A DNA stretch of 64,000 bases. It comes from Cyanobacteria bacterium P01_F01_bin.150 (lineage in GTDB: Bacteria > Cyanobacteriota > Cyanobacteriia > CAKZMO01). The translations under genes and the position numbers were made by a program. Position 1 is the first letter of the stretch, and each line of letters starts with the position of its first letter. The stretch is from the NCBI GenBank assembly GCA_039189765.1, contig JBCCYL010000007.1, forward strand, positions 64,001 through 128,000. Reading direction: 5' to 3'. Positions 42,063 through 50,841 of the stretch are shown piece by piece. Below the pieces are notes generated by a model, which did not search any database, was not told the DNA's origin, and worked only from the letters and a program-made list of their open reading frames with translations.

Positions 42063-45000
42063 ATGGCACATTCCACTCCTGAGGAAAGTTCTAAACCACC
42101 GAAAAGCGTTAAAGGCCATGCTTCGCAATCGCCCCTGGCGCTTTGGGTTGAACAGCATGAGCGTCAGCTAGGTTTATCGATAAAAGGTCGGTTCCGGGGC
42201 AATAGCCTTCACTTATTGTGTGAGTTTCCCTATGTGTCGGCCACGGTACCCTCTCAAACAGTAGTGTATCGGCATTTTCAACAATCGGTAGACTATGCAG
42301 CCCTTAACCGCCTAATTCCTCCTGGCTATCCCCGTATTCGTCACATGTGGTTGTACGGTCGATTGCGTGGAGCCAAAAAGCCCGCTTGGACTGTCTCTAT
42401 TCATCTCAATGCAGTCCAGCGCAAAGGTCCTCTGGTCAAGTCCCCATCGGGTGTGCCATCTTCTATAGAGGCCCCGCCTATGGGAACGTTACCAGAAGCT
42501 TCTCCTTGTGAATTTTCCTCTGAGCCTATCCAGGCAAATGGACTCCAAAATTCACAAAAAGGAGAATTGCCAACGTCATCTAACATTACAGAGGAAGATA
42601 CTGATGCGGCTACCGTAAAGAAAAGCGATGGTCTGCCCTCCTTGCCCAGGCAACAGGTCAATCAGCAGACTCAATCTCAGGTAGAATCTACCAATTTTCA
42701 AGGTAATAAAGTTCATTCTTTACCGCAGCATGTCGAAAATACAGGTGACTTATATTCCCAAGCAGAACAGGGGCAGCCAAATGCGATTGCCTACTATTTG
42801 CGTGATGTCCTGCTTGAGTTGGGTGTTGAAGCCAGTATTCGGGTCAAGCTTCAGCACCACCGCCCTAACACCACGAAAAATCGCCTCTGGGTAACCTGTT
42901 GCGGACCTTACAGTCCAGCAGCAGCCCTAGTCGGTGACCCGATTGCTCGCCAGTTGCGAGCGTTGTCACTTCACAATGTTGAGGATGCCTTATTGCAATT
43001 TCAGGTTAGAGGCGAAGACGTACCTGACTGGGTCTTGCGCATTGACCTTACTCCTCAAGAAGACATGCTTCGTTCTTGGGCAGAATGGGGAGATGTGGAG
43101 GCGATCAGTCGCTTAGCCAACCAAGTTTTAAGACCGTTAAGCGGCCAATTAGTGGAAGCTACACTCAAGGATATTACGCTTCATCTCAGTTGCACCTCAC
43201 TGGCCCATAATATCGTTCCAGATACTGAAGAGTCCCTAGACTCTGACAATACCGAAGCCGATGCCGCAACAGAGCAAGAAGACTCCCTGACCCCTTCAAT
43301 ATCAGATCCTTGGGCAGATAGCAATGGCAATCAGGGACGCATATCACCCTCCTTGGATGCACAAAAGACTCGTAACGTTATTGCAGCATTGCTGACAGCC
43401 CTAAAGCCGCAGGGAATTCAAAATGTGGTGGTGTATGGTCAACAGCTACAGGCAACCAGTCCGGATTGGGTGGAATGGATTGATATTAGCCAAGAGATGG
43501 ATCGCACAGCTTCTCCCATTAAACTAGCGGGTAATGGAGATTTAGATGCGATCGCATTCCTCATCCAGCGAGTGCTTAATACCGATCTCAATGAACAGTT
43601 GGCTACCGGTGGACGACGGGTGCAGCTATTACTTAAAAAACGGCTGCTGCACATCATGTGTGATGCTCCGCTTTGTCCCGAAGAAGAGGTCGTTGTACCG
43701 GAAGTAACGCGGTTATTACGATCGCTCAACGTTCCTGGAGTAGAAGGATTACGAATTTATGGCCGACGAGCAGGACAGCGTCGTCCCAGATGGACTGAAG
43801 TCATCGATTTTGTTCAACAGCCCCAACTGGTGCCTGAACCTGCCCCTCAATTTGCCGCAACCGACGCCTACGTTACTGAGTTAGTCACAACCCCTTCCGA
43901 ACCCATTATTCGTGCTGACCTCACGGCATCTGACTTATGGGAGCGATTAAGAACCTGGCAGCGGAGACGAATCCAAACAGCACGACGCTTTGTTTTATCG
44001 TCCCAACTAGTCGTTCCAACTGCGGATAGCCCGGAACTGATGCTGCGGTCTGCTCCTAACACTGCAAGGGTCAAAACCGCCTTGGTCTGGACTGCGGTGG
44101 GTGCTTTGGCCCTAGTTCAGACTGACTTGGGCCTGCATCAGTTATCTAAATTAGAAATTAGCCGAGCAGCGATCAAACCAAGAGAAGAGTCGATATCTCA
44201 AGTTGCTGAAGCGCTGGATAGTACCCTGGACAAATCTTCTGGCTCTGCTGAAGAGGCTGAAAACGGAGGTACGAATGATGACATTGATAGTCATAACTCC
44301 GACGTGCCTGATCTCCTTCCTGACGGTTTGACTGACGGTTTGACTGGAGACCAGAGCCAGGACGAAGTGCTTAATTCTCTAAGTTTTGGGCCTAACGGTG
44401 ATAATAGTGATCTGCGTCAACCCGCGTATCAAGCCCAAGCAGAGAGCGAAATTTTTGACTCCAGCGGTTTTACGACTACTGCAAGCAATGATTTAGCCAA
44501 TGGTTTGAGTAATGAGTCAGATAATGGCTTCAGCGATGTCAGTTCAGCGGTAGCTTCCCCGACTGTAAGTGCGGGAACGTCACCGGTTGAAACTGTTGCT
44601 GCAGTGCTGGATTCGCCTTACCCGAGCTTCAACAGTGAACAATTAGACTTTAAACTTGCTCTGTATCATCAGCGAGTGCTAGAAGTTGGGCCTCCAGATA
44701 TCTTAGTATTGGGCAGCTCCCGTGCACTGCGGGGCATTGATCCCGCAATCCTTGAAGAAGCGCTGGCCGAATTAGGATATGCCGATGCGGATGTGTTTAA
44801 CTTTGGCATCAATGGCGCAACAGCCCAGGTCGTGGAACTGATTGTAGAACAGATTTTGTTGCCCGAACAGTTGCCTAAGCTGATTGTGTGGGCTGATGGT
44901 GCGCGGGCTTTCAATAGTGGCCGAGACGATCGCACGTTTAATGGGATTTTGGCTTCTGAAGGATACGAGCAGCTTCTCAGTGGTCCCTTGTTACTGAGTA

Positions 45001-45830
45001 CTCCCAGTGGTGCTCCCTCTGATTTGCTGACTACTGACGGCCCACGTACTTCTCAAAGTCAGGTCCGTCTGAGGAATATTGCCACTTTGAGTCAGTCTTT
45101 GTCCGACAGTTATCAAACCTTAGATGAGGACTTAAGTGATACGTTGGCTCAAGTATCAACCTCACATTCCCAACGCGATCGAATTAAGGGCATGTTGCAG
45201 CATGTTCTAACGACTTGGCTACCTCGGCCCAAGCGCAACTCTGAGGAAATAATCGCAATTGAGACCGATGTCAGTGATGGGTTAGCTCTATTAGATAACG
45301 ATAGTCTGAGTACATCCCCTTCCCAAGTTCAGGGAGCAGATACTTTATCTCTGGATGCCTCCACTAGTTTTCGGGCACTGGAAAATATTGACGATGATGG
45401 CTTCTTACCGCTTCAAATCCGATTTGACCCCACTCAGTATTATCAGTCCTATGCCCGAGTGGCAGGTAACTACGATCGCGATTACAGCAATTTTCGCGTT
45501 GAAGGGCTTCAAGGCAATGCTTTGACTACCTTACTTACGGCTAGTCGTGTTTACGATATTCCTATCGTATTTATCAACATGCCCTTGACGGCTGAATATT
45601 TAGATCCATTTCGTATGGGGCATGAGCAAACCTTCCGTCAGTACATGTTGAACTTAGCGCTACAAGATAAAAATTTCATCTTCCGAGATTTGAGCGAATT
45701 ATGGCTCGATAATGCTGAACATCGCAGTTACTTTTCGGACCCAAGCCACCTCAATCAATACGGGGCTGAGGAAATTTCTCAACACATATCTGAGGATCCG
45801 ATGATTCCATGGGATGTAACAACTCGTTAG
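42063..45830 (+). CDS. Large membrane protein: four N-terminal repeated modules plus a C-terminal SGNH-like (DUF1574-type) domain
   Basis: PDILVLGSSRA, FNFGINGAT and FSDPSHLN (S...DxxH); hydrophobic segment ALVWTAVGALALV; repeated AxxG..AI...YG....P.W modules. Confidence 0.75.
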   Translation: MAHSTPEESSKPPKSVKGHASQSPLALWVEQHERQLGLSIKGRFRGNSLHLLCEFPYVSATVPSQTVVYRHFQQSVDYAALNRLIPPGYPRIRHMWLYGRLRGAKKPAWTVSIHLNAVQRKGPLVKSPSGVPSSIEAPPMGTLPEASPCEFSSEPIQANGLQNSQKGELPTSSNITEEDTDAATVKKSDGLPSLPRQQVNQQTQSQVESTNFQGNKVHSLPQHVENTGDLYSQAEQGQPNAIAYYLRDVLLELGVEASIRVKLQHHRPNTTKNRLWVTCCGPYSPAAALVGDPIARQLRALSLHNVEDALLQFQVRGEDVPDWVLRIDLTPQEDMLRSWAEWGDVEAISRLANQVLRPLSGQLVEATLKDITLHLSCTSLAHNIVPDTEESLDSDNTEADAATEQEDSLTPSISDPWADSNGNQGRISPSLDAQKTRNVIAALLTALKPQGIQNVVVYGQQLQATSPDWVEWIDISQEMDRTASPIKLAGNGDLDAIAFLIQRVLNTDLNEQLATGGRRVQLLLKKRLLHIMCDAPLCPEEEVVVPEVTRLLRSLNVPGVEGLRIYGRRAGQRRPRWTEVIDFVQQPQLVPEPAPQFAATDAYVTELVTTPSEPIIRADLTASDLWERLRTWQRRRIQTARRFVLSSQLVVPTADSPELMLRSAPNTARVKTALVWTAVGALALVQTDLGLHQLSKLEISRAAIKPREESISQVAEALDSTLDKSSGSAEEAENGGTNDDIDSHNSDVPDLLPDGLTDGLTGDQSQDEVLNSLSFGPNGDNSDLRQPAYQAQAESEIFDSSGFTTTASNDLANGLSNESDNGFSDVSSAVASPTVSAGTSPVETVAAVLDSPYPSFNSEQLDFKLALYHQRVLEVGPPDILVLGSSRALRGIDPAILEEALAELGYADADVFNFGINGATAQVVELIVEQILLPEQLPKLIVWADGARAFNSGRDDRTFNGILASEGYEQLLSGPLLLSTPSGAPSDLLTTDGPRTSQSQVRLRNIATLSQSLSDSYQTLDEDLSDTLAQVSTSHSQRDRIKGMLQHVLTTWLPRPKRNSEEIIAIETDVSDGLALLDNDSLSTSPSQVQGADTLSLDASTSFRALENIDDDGFLPLQIRFDPTQYYQSYARVAGNYDRDYSNFRVEGLQGNALTTLLTASRVYDIPIVFINMPLTAEYLDPFRMGHEQTFRQYMLNLALQDKNFIFRDLSELWLDNAEHRSYFSDPSHLNQYGAEEISQHISEDPMIPWDVTTR

Positions 45831-46070
45831 ATCGCTACAGATTAGACCACGCATAAACACGGTCGCTTATTGAAAAGCAGATTGGGTACACTACATAGAC
45901 TGTAAGCAACACAATCTCCTTAAAAGAGCTGGAAAGCTTGCGCTTGTTGTGTCAGTAGAGCCTGCATAACAAGTTAGAAACTAAAAGTTGAGGACTCTGT
46001 GGCAGACATTAATTTTTATTGATTTCTGAAAAAGGTTCCTTTAATCTGAAGCTTCTTTGAGATCTATACC

Positions 46071-46084
46071 GTATATTTTAATAC
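46071..46084. promoter_or_regulatory. Possible NtcA box
   Basis: GTA-TATTTTAA-TAC, ~140 bp upstream of the pentapeptide gene; the nearest TAN3T (46110) is 25 nt away, slightly off the usual 22-23. Confidence 0.35.
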
Positions 46085-46225
46085 AAAATATATTAAAGTC
46101 TCTCATTTTTAAGATTAGATGGTTTAAACTGTTAAATGAGATACAGAAATGGTGATTATGTCGTTAGCTCTAGATCGTATCTCAAGATGTTGACATCCAC
46201 TTTTTGAATCAATTCCGTTTTCGCC

Positions 46226-47149
46226 ATGGCACAACTAACTGCTGCACACGTTTTATCACAGGCTCAAGAAGGGCGATCGCTGCACAATGCAGAATTGAGC
46301 CAAATTAATTTGAAGGGTGCAAGTTTGGAGTATTTCTCCTTGGCTCACTCATACTTGCGGTTGGCAAATTTATCCAGTTCTTTTTGCCAAGGTACTGACT
46401 TTGATCACACCACATTAACCCGAGCTGATTTATCTAGAGGTTGCTTTGAAACTGCTACCTTTAATGAATCACAGCTTATTCGTGCAGTATGTAAGGGGGC
46501 TAATTTCCGAGGAGCTAAAGCGGCCCGCGCTATTTTTCGCGGTGCAGTTATGAGTCAAGCTGACTTCACAGGCGCTGAACTTAACTGGACCGATTTCCAA
46601 GAGGCCTATGGAAAAGGGACGGTTTTCTCCGGAGCTAGTTTAGTAGAAGCCAATTTCCCGAATAGTGACTTTAGCTATTGTGTTTTTAGCGGAGCAACAC
46701 TTACTTATACTGATTGGGAAAATGCTCGGTTATTGGGAACAATGATGGATGGGGCCGATTTAGAACAGGCTAATTTTTCAGAAGCTCATCTGGTAGAGGC
46801 TAATTTATCTAAGGCCATCCTTCTGAATACAAATTTTGAGCGAGCCAATCTATCCAGGGCTATTCTCCACAGTGTGTCTTTAGATTGGGCTCATTTAGCT
46901 GAAGCAAAGCTGAGTCAGGCAGATTTGAGTGGTGCTTCATTATTTGGTACATGCTTGGAAGGCGCGAACTTGTCTGGGGCAAACTTGTCCGAAACGGATT
47001 TGCGTCATGCGAATTTGGAGGAAGCTTTCCTTAAAGGGGTTAGTTTTGCCGGATGTCAGGTAGACGGTGCATTGTTTACAGATGCTCGTGGTCTATCTCC
47101 AGCTCAAAAGAATTGGTTGCGTAAGAACGGTGCGCTAAATGTTGAATAG
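46226..47149 (+). CDS. Pentapeptide repeat protein (almost entirely repeats)
   Basis: Continuous A(D/N)(L/F)XX repeats over about 280 aa. Confidence 0.92.
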   Translation: MAQLTAAHVLSQAQEGRSLHNAELSQINLKGASLEYFSLAHSYLRLANLSSSFCQGTDFDHTTLTRADLSRGCFETATFNESQLIRAVCKGANFRGAKAARAIFRGAVMSQADFTGAELNWTDFQEAYGKGTVFSGASLVEANFPNSDFSYCVFSGATLTYTDWENARLLGTMMDGADLEQANFSEAHLVEANLSKAILLNTNFERANLSRAILHSVSLDWAHLAEAKLSQADLSGASLFGTCLEGANLSGANLSETDLRHANLEEAFLKGVSFAGCQVDGALFTDARGLSPAQKNWLRKNGALNVE

Positions 47150-47217
47150 GGAGCGCCAATAAGGAAAGGACGGGTATCCGTCAATGCGATCGCCCTCCAC
47201 CAGAAGTCATTTTATTT

Positions 47218-48150
47218 ATGATGGGAGAGTTCGGTAGCTATGACCGACTGCTGACTCTATTAACTGGTTCTACTATGCACCTGTTACCATTGTTCTTACA
47301 TTCCCTGATTTTCTCCTTGCATGTTCCCATCATTCACCTCCAGTCGTTTGCTGAGGTGGCTTTAACGGCTAGTGACTTATCCCTTAGCCAGTGGCTCTAT
47401 TCCCATCTGGTAGAGTTCTTTCAGGGCATATCTCAGGGCATATCCCAAAGCTTGTTGACGTTAGTGCAGGGCGATCTCCTCCATTCTTTGTGGTCTGGAT
47501 TTATCCATCGCCTAGATGAGCTGTGGATTACAGGTCAGGCAAGTCTGCATCATTTTGGGAAGGGTATTGCAGACTTCACTGGAACGGTGACTGGCTTTGT
47601 AGCCTCCACTGCTTTATGGCAGTTGGGATTGTACTGGCTGCTGCTGGTGCTAATGTTTGCTGGAGTTGTTGGCTCTTTTGTGCCAGCGCTGCCTGGGATT
47701 ACGCTTGTGCTGCTGGCGATTGTTATTTGGGGCATTGCGGTAGGGTTTTCAGGGATAGTGCTATCACTGGTAGTGGCGATCGCCGCCTTTGTCCTCTGCT
47801 TGGCCATTGATAACCTAGCGGGAATCTTGAGTGCTCAAAAGGTCGGTGCCAGCCGCTGGGGTCAGATTGGCGCGATTATTGGTATGTTTATGGGCTTTTT
47901 TGGGTTTCTGCCAGCGTTGCCTGTAGGGGGGCCACTGTTGGGCATTATCTTTGGAACGGTTCTTGGTGCATTTATTGGTGAATTTCTGCACCGCCATAAT
48001 CTTGCGTTGGGGGAACGGGTTAAGCAGGCAGCCAAAGTCGGCATTGCCATCGTCGTTGGGAATTTAGTGGGCAATCTGCTCCAAGGCATTGTCGCTTTAA
48101 TTACCCTGATTGTTTTCGTGTTTAACACCTGGGGAATGGTTTACGGTTAA
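47218..48150 (+). CDS. DUF456-family membrane protein with N-terminal extension
   Basis: GSFVPALPG...QKVGASRWGQIGAIIG...GPLLG...GAFIGE; start uncertain. Confidence 0.8.
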   Translation: MMGEFGSYDRLLTLLTGSTMHLLPLFLHSLIFSLHVPIIHLQSFAEVALTASDLSLSQWLYSHLVEFFQGISQGISQSLLTLVQGDLLHSLWSGFIHRLDELWITGQASLHHFGKGIADFTGTVTGFVASTALWQLGLYWLLLVLMFAGVVGSFVPALPGITLVLLAIVIWGIAVGFSGIVLSLVVAIAAFVLCLAIDNLAGILSAQKVGASRWGQIGAIIGMFMGFFGFLPALPVGGPLLGIIFGTVLGAFIGEFLHRHNLALGERVKQAAKVGIAIVVGNLVGNLLQGIVALITLIVFVFNTWGMVYG

Positions 48151-48225
48151 CTAGATAAAAAGGCCAGAACCCAGTAGTGCAGGGTACAAAGCAACACTAT
48201 TGCTAGTGCAAGGGATACGTGTCGA

Positions 48226-48540
48226 ATGGACAATATCTTTGAGAGCTTGCCAACTGACTTAAGCCAAGAGGTGTTTGAGCAGTTGGTCAATAGCGAGTCA
48301 GTAAAAATCGAGCGTATTGTCTCCAAGGGGCATACGTCTCCCGAACGTGGATGGTATGAGCAGCCTCAGCATGAGTGGGTAATGGTTCTCAAGGGTGGTG
48401 CGTTGCTGGAATTTGATAATCAGGAACCTGTGCGCCTTAAACCGGGAGACTATTTAACGATTCCCGCCTATCAGAAGCACCGAGTCGCTTGGACCGATCG
48501 CTTTTGCGAGACGGTTTGGCTAGCTATTCATTACCCCTAG
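48226..48540 (+). CDS. Small cupin-domain protein
   Basis: KIERIVSKGH...WYEQPQHEWVMVLKG...LKPGDYLTIPAYQKHRVAWT. Confidence 0.88.
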   Translation: MDNIFESLPTDLSQEVFEQLVNSESVKIERIVSKGHTSPERGWYEQPQHEWVMVLKGGALLEFDNQEPVRLKPGDYLTIPAYQKHRVAWTDRFCETVWLAIHYP

Positions 48541-48699
48541 CGAATGTTGCCTTTCTGGTGTGGCTTTTCGGGTTGGGAGAGGGGCGATCGCCCCTAACGT
48601 GTCCCCAAATTTAGGATAGAGGGCATGCCACCATATACATGAACCATCCTCTAACTCAAATGATTATGAATCTGAAGGTCACTCGGAGGCTGTGATCCC

Positions 48700-48861
48700 T
48701 ATGCTTTCGTTGACCCTAGCAACACCCTTGCCGGACAAGGGTTTCAGCTATTTCAAAAGGTGTATTAATGAGAATGATTGTTAAGAGTGAGGGTATGATC
48801 TTGACCCTAGCAAAATCGGCCTCTAGATTGATTGGTATATCTGGCTTCTAGAAGCCGAGGG
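48700..48861 (+). promoter_or_regulatory. CRISPR leader 1
   Basis: 13-bp direct repeat TTGACCCTAGCAA at 48710 and 48801, CCCTTGCCGGACAAGGG palindrome and terminal GGCTTCTAGAAGC; collinear with leader 2. Confidence 0.75.
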
Positions 48862-48896
48862 GTTCCCTCTCGCAGGGAAACTAATTGAATGGAAAC
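48862..48896 (+). CRISPR. Solitary CRISPR repeat (35 nt)
   Basis: GTTCCCTCTCGCAGGGAAACTAATTGAATGGAAAC; TTCCCT/AGGGAA stem, canonical GAAAC 3' end; four differences from the repeats at 49329 and 49401. Confidence 0.8.
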
Positions 48897-49169
48897 CTTA
48901 AGCAAGGCAGAAGGATGAAGGCAGAAGGGGGATGTGGGGCGATCGCGCTGAGTTGAAGGGGGGCGATCGCCTCTCCTCATTGCCAAAATCTAAAATAGAG
49001 CAAATGCGATTTTGATGAAGATAAATATTAAAACATAGGTTCTATTTTTTGATATTTCGCTAGATTGGGTGATGAGACAGGTTTAGACGCCGAATTTATG
49101 ACTTTATCTCTTTTATGTTTTTATTTTCTCAATTTCTTCTAGGGTTTTGGCGATCGCCGAAACCCCCAT

Positions 49170-49328
49170 TCTTTCGTTAAACCATGGAAGTGACTTGCCC
49201 CGTAAAGGGTTCAGCCGTTTTCTATAGGCGATTATGGCAAATATTTATCAATTATTTGGTCTTTATGGCATACCCCCCGAAAATGGGGGTGTACAATCCA
49301 TACATAGTGAGGCTTCTAGAAGCTGGCC
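49170..49328 (+). promoter_or_regulatory. CRISPR leader 2
   Basis: TTTCGTT...CTTGCC...AAGGGTTCAGC...AAAAT.GG...GGCTTCTAGAAGC, in the same order as leader 1. Confidence 0.75.
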
Positions 49329-49435
49329 CTTCCCTCTCGCAGGGAAATCACTTGAATGGAAACATGCCACAAGCTTAGACCAAAGGTGCTGATGAGACGT
49401 CTTCCCTCTCGCAGGGAAATCACTTGAATGGAAAC
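49329..49435 (+). CRISPR. Minimal orphan CRISPR array: two identical 35-nt repeats and one 37-nt spacer
   Basis: CTTCCCTCTCGCAGGGAAATCACTTGAATGGAAAC at 49329-49363 and 49401-49435; spacer ATGCCACAAGCTTAGACCAAAGGTGCTGATGAGACGT; style resembles cyanobacterial class 1 (type III-like) repeats. Confidence 0.88.
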
Positions 49436-49555
49436 CTTAATCAAGGCAGAAGGATGAAGGATGAAAAAAGACGAGATTAAGGCCAGATCGTTCTCAGTAA
49501 TGCGATCGCTTCTGCCTTCTTTCATCGCGCGATCGCCCCCTTCTGCCTTCTGCCT

Positions 49556-50581
49556 TCATCCTTTTAAGCACCACTCAGTGAGTTCGAGCCAAGCAGGAGA
49601 TTTACATAACGCTTCAGTATCTAAAACCGTGCCCCAGCGTTTGGAAAATTGGACAAAGCTTTCAATCCAGAGAATCAGCGTATCGATGGGAGGATGATGG
49701 CGATACTGCCATGTTTGTTTAAGATAGTGAATCATTTCGTCAGGATGTCCAGTGTAGTGGAGATACCAAGCAATCCAAATCCAGGTGGCAAAGCGGGTCT
49801 TTTGTTCCCCGCGTCGAATTTCAGGGGGCAGGTCAGAACGAGTAAAAAACTGATTGATGACAGCGGCAAGCGATCGCGCCTGGGGCAACCCCTTATGCAT
49901 CGCACTTTCATTATGTTGACGATAGTAAACCGTTATTTCTTCCAGCCAAGCCGTTTGACATCCCATCGCCGCTAATCGCAATATTAAATCCGTGTCTTCC
50001 GCAGGCGGAAACTGGGGGTTAAAGCCATCTGCTTTTAGCAACCAATCTTTCCGAAACATCATGGCGCTGGGCAAAACAGGCTTCCACTGCAACCACTGGG
50101 CCAAATCCAAATAGGGACAATCGAGCCATGGTTTAACGTCCATCAACGCCTGACCTGCCGCATCCACCCGTTGCCAACCGCTGTGCACCATGCCCACATC
50201 AGGATTAGCGTCAAAGATCGCTCGCTGGCGCTCTAGCTTGGTTGGGACCAGCCAATCATCCGCATCTAAAAAGGCAATATACTCTCCTCTCGCTAACTGG
50301 ATGCCATGATTTCGAGCCACCGCTACCCCCTGGTTCGACTGACGGACATAGCGAATGCGCTGTGAGCGATCTGGCAAATTGCGTTGCGATCGCCCTGTTT
50401 CATATTGTTTCTCCATCTGCTCCATGACGCGAACCGTATTATCAGTTGATCCATCGTCAATCACAATTAGTTCATAGTCTTCAATGGTTTGGGCAAATAC
50501 ACTATCCATTGCTTGGAAAAGATAGCGATCGCAGTTGTAGGTTGGAATGATAACGCTAATAGCGGGGGTAACGAACGACAT
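49556..50581 (-). CDS. Glycosyltransferase family 2
   Basis: ISVIIPTYN, IVIDDGSTD, NQGVAVARNHG, FLDADD and AED motifs. Confidence 0.93.
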   Translation of the reverse strand: MSFVTPAISVIIPTYNCDRYLFQAMDSVFAQTIEDYELIVIDDGSTDNTVRVMEQMEKQYETGRSQRNLPDRSQRIRYVRQSNQGVAVARNHGIQLARGEYIAFLDADDWLVPTKLERQRAIFDANPDVGMVHSGWQRVDAAGQALMDVKPWLDCPYLDLAQWLQWKPVLPSAMMFRKDWLLKADGFNPQFPPAEDTDLILRLAAMGCQTAWLEEITVYYRQHNESAMHKGLPQARSLAAVINQFFTRSDLPPEIRRGEQKTRFATWIWIAWYLHYTGHPDEMIHYLKQTWQYRHHPPIDTLILWIESFVQFSKRWGTVLDTEALCKSPAWLELTEWCLKG

Positions 50582-50841
50582 GGAACGAAAAATGGCACTA
50601 TCTGGACCGGACGACGCTCATTGATACTGTAGAAAGCTAACATAGCTGACGTAAACGTGTTCAAACAGCCATTACGATCCCGTTACGATTGGTCCAAGTT
50701 TGAATTTAGAGGTTAGAGTACATTTAACTAACCTTTGTGTATGGCTCTTATTGCCTTATATCTCTCTCTTTTTATATGAACCCCTCTTCCTAGCCAGATT
50801 AGGCCATTTCATGCCTTGCAAACGTATGTAATTTTAGACTG

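Noticed and set aside
49184..49525. Small ORFs overlapping the CRISPR unit (64 and 69 aa)
   Set aside because: They translate leader and repeat sequence (the peptide repeats mirror the CRISPR repeats) and show no cas similarity.
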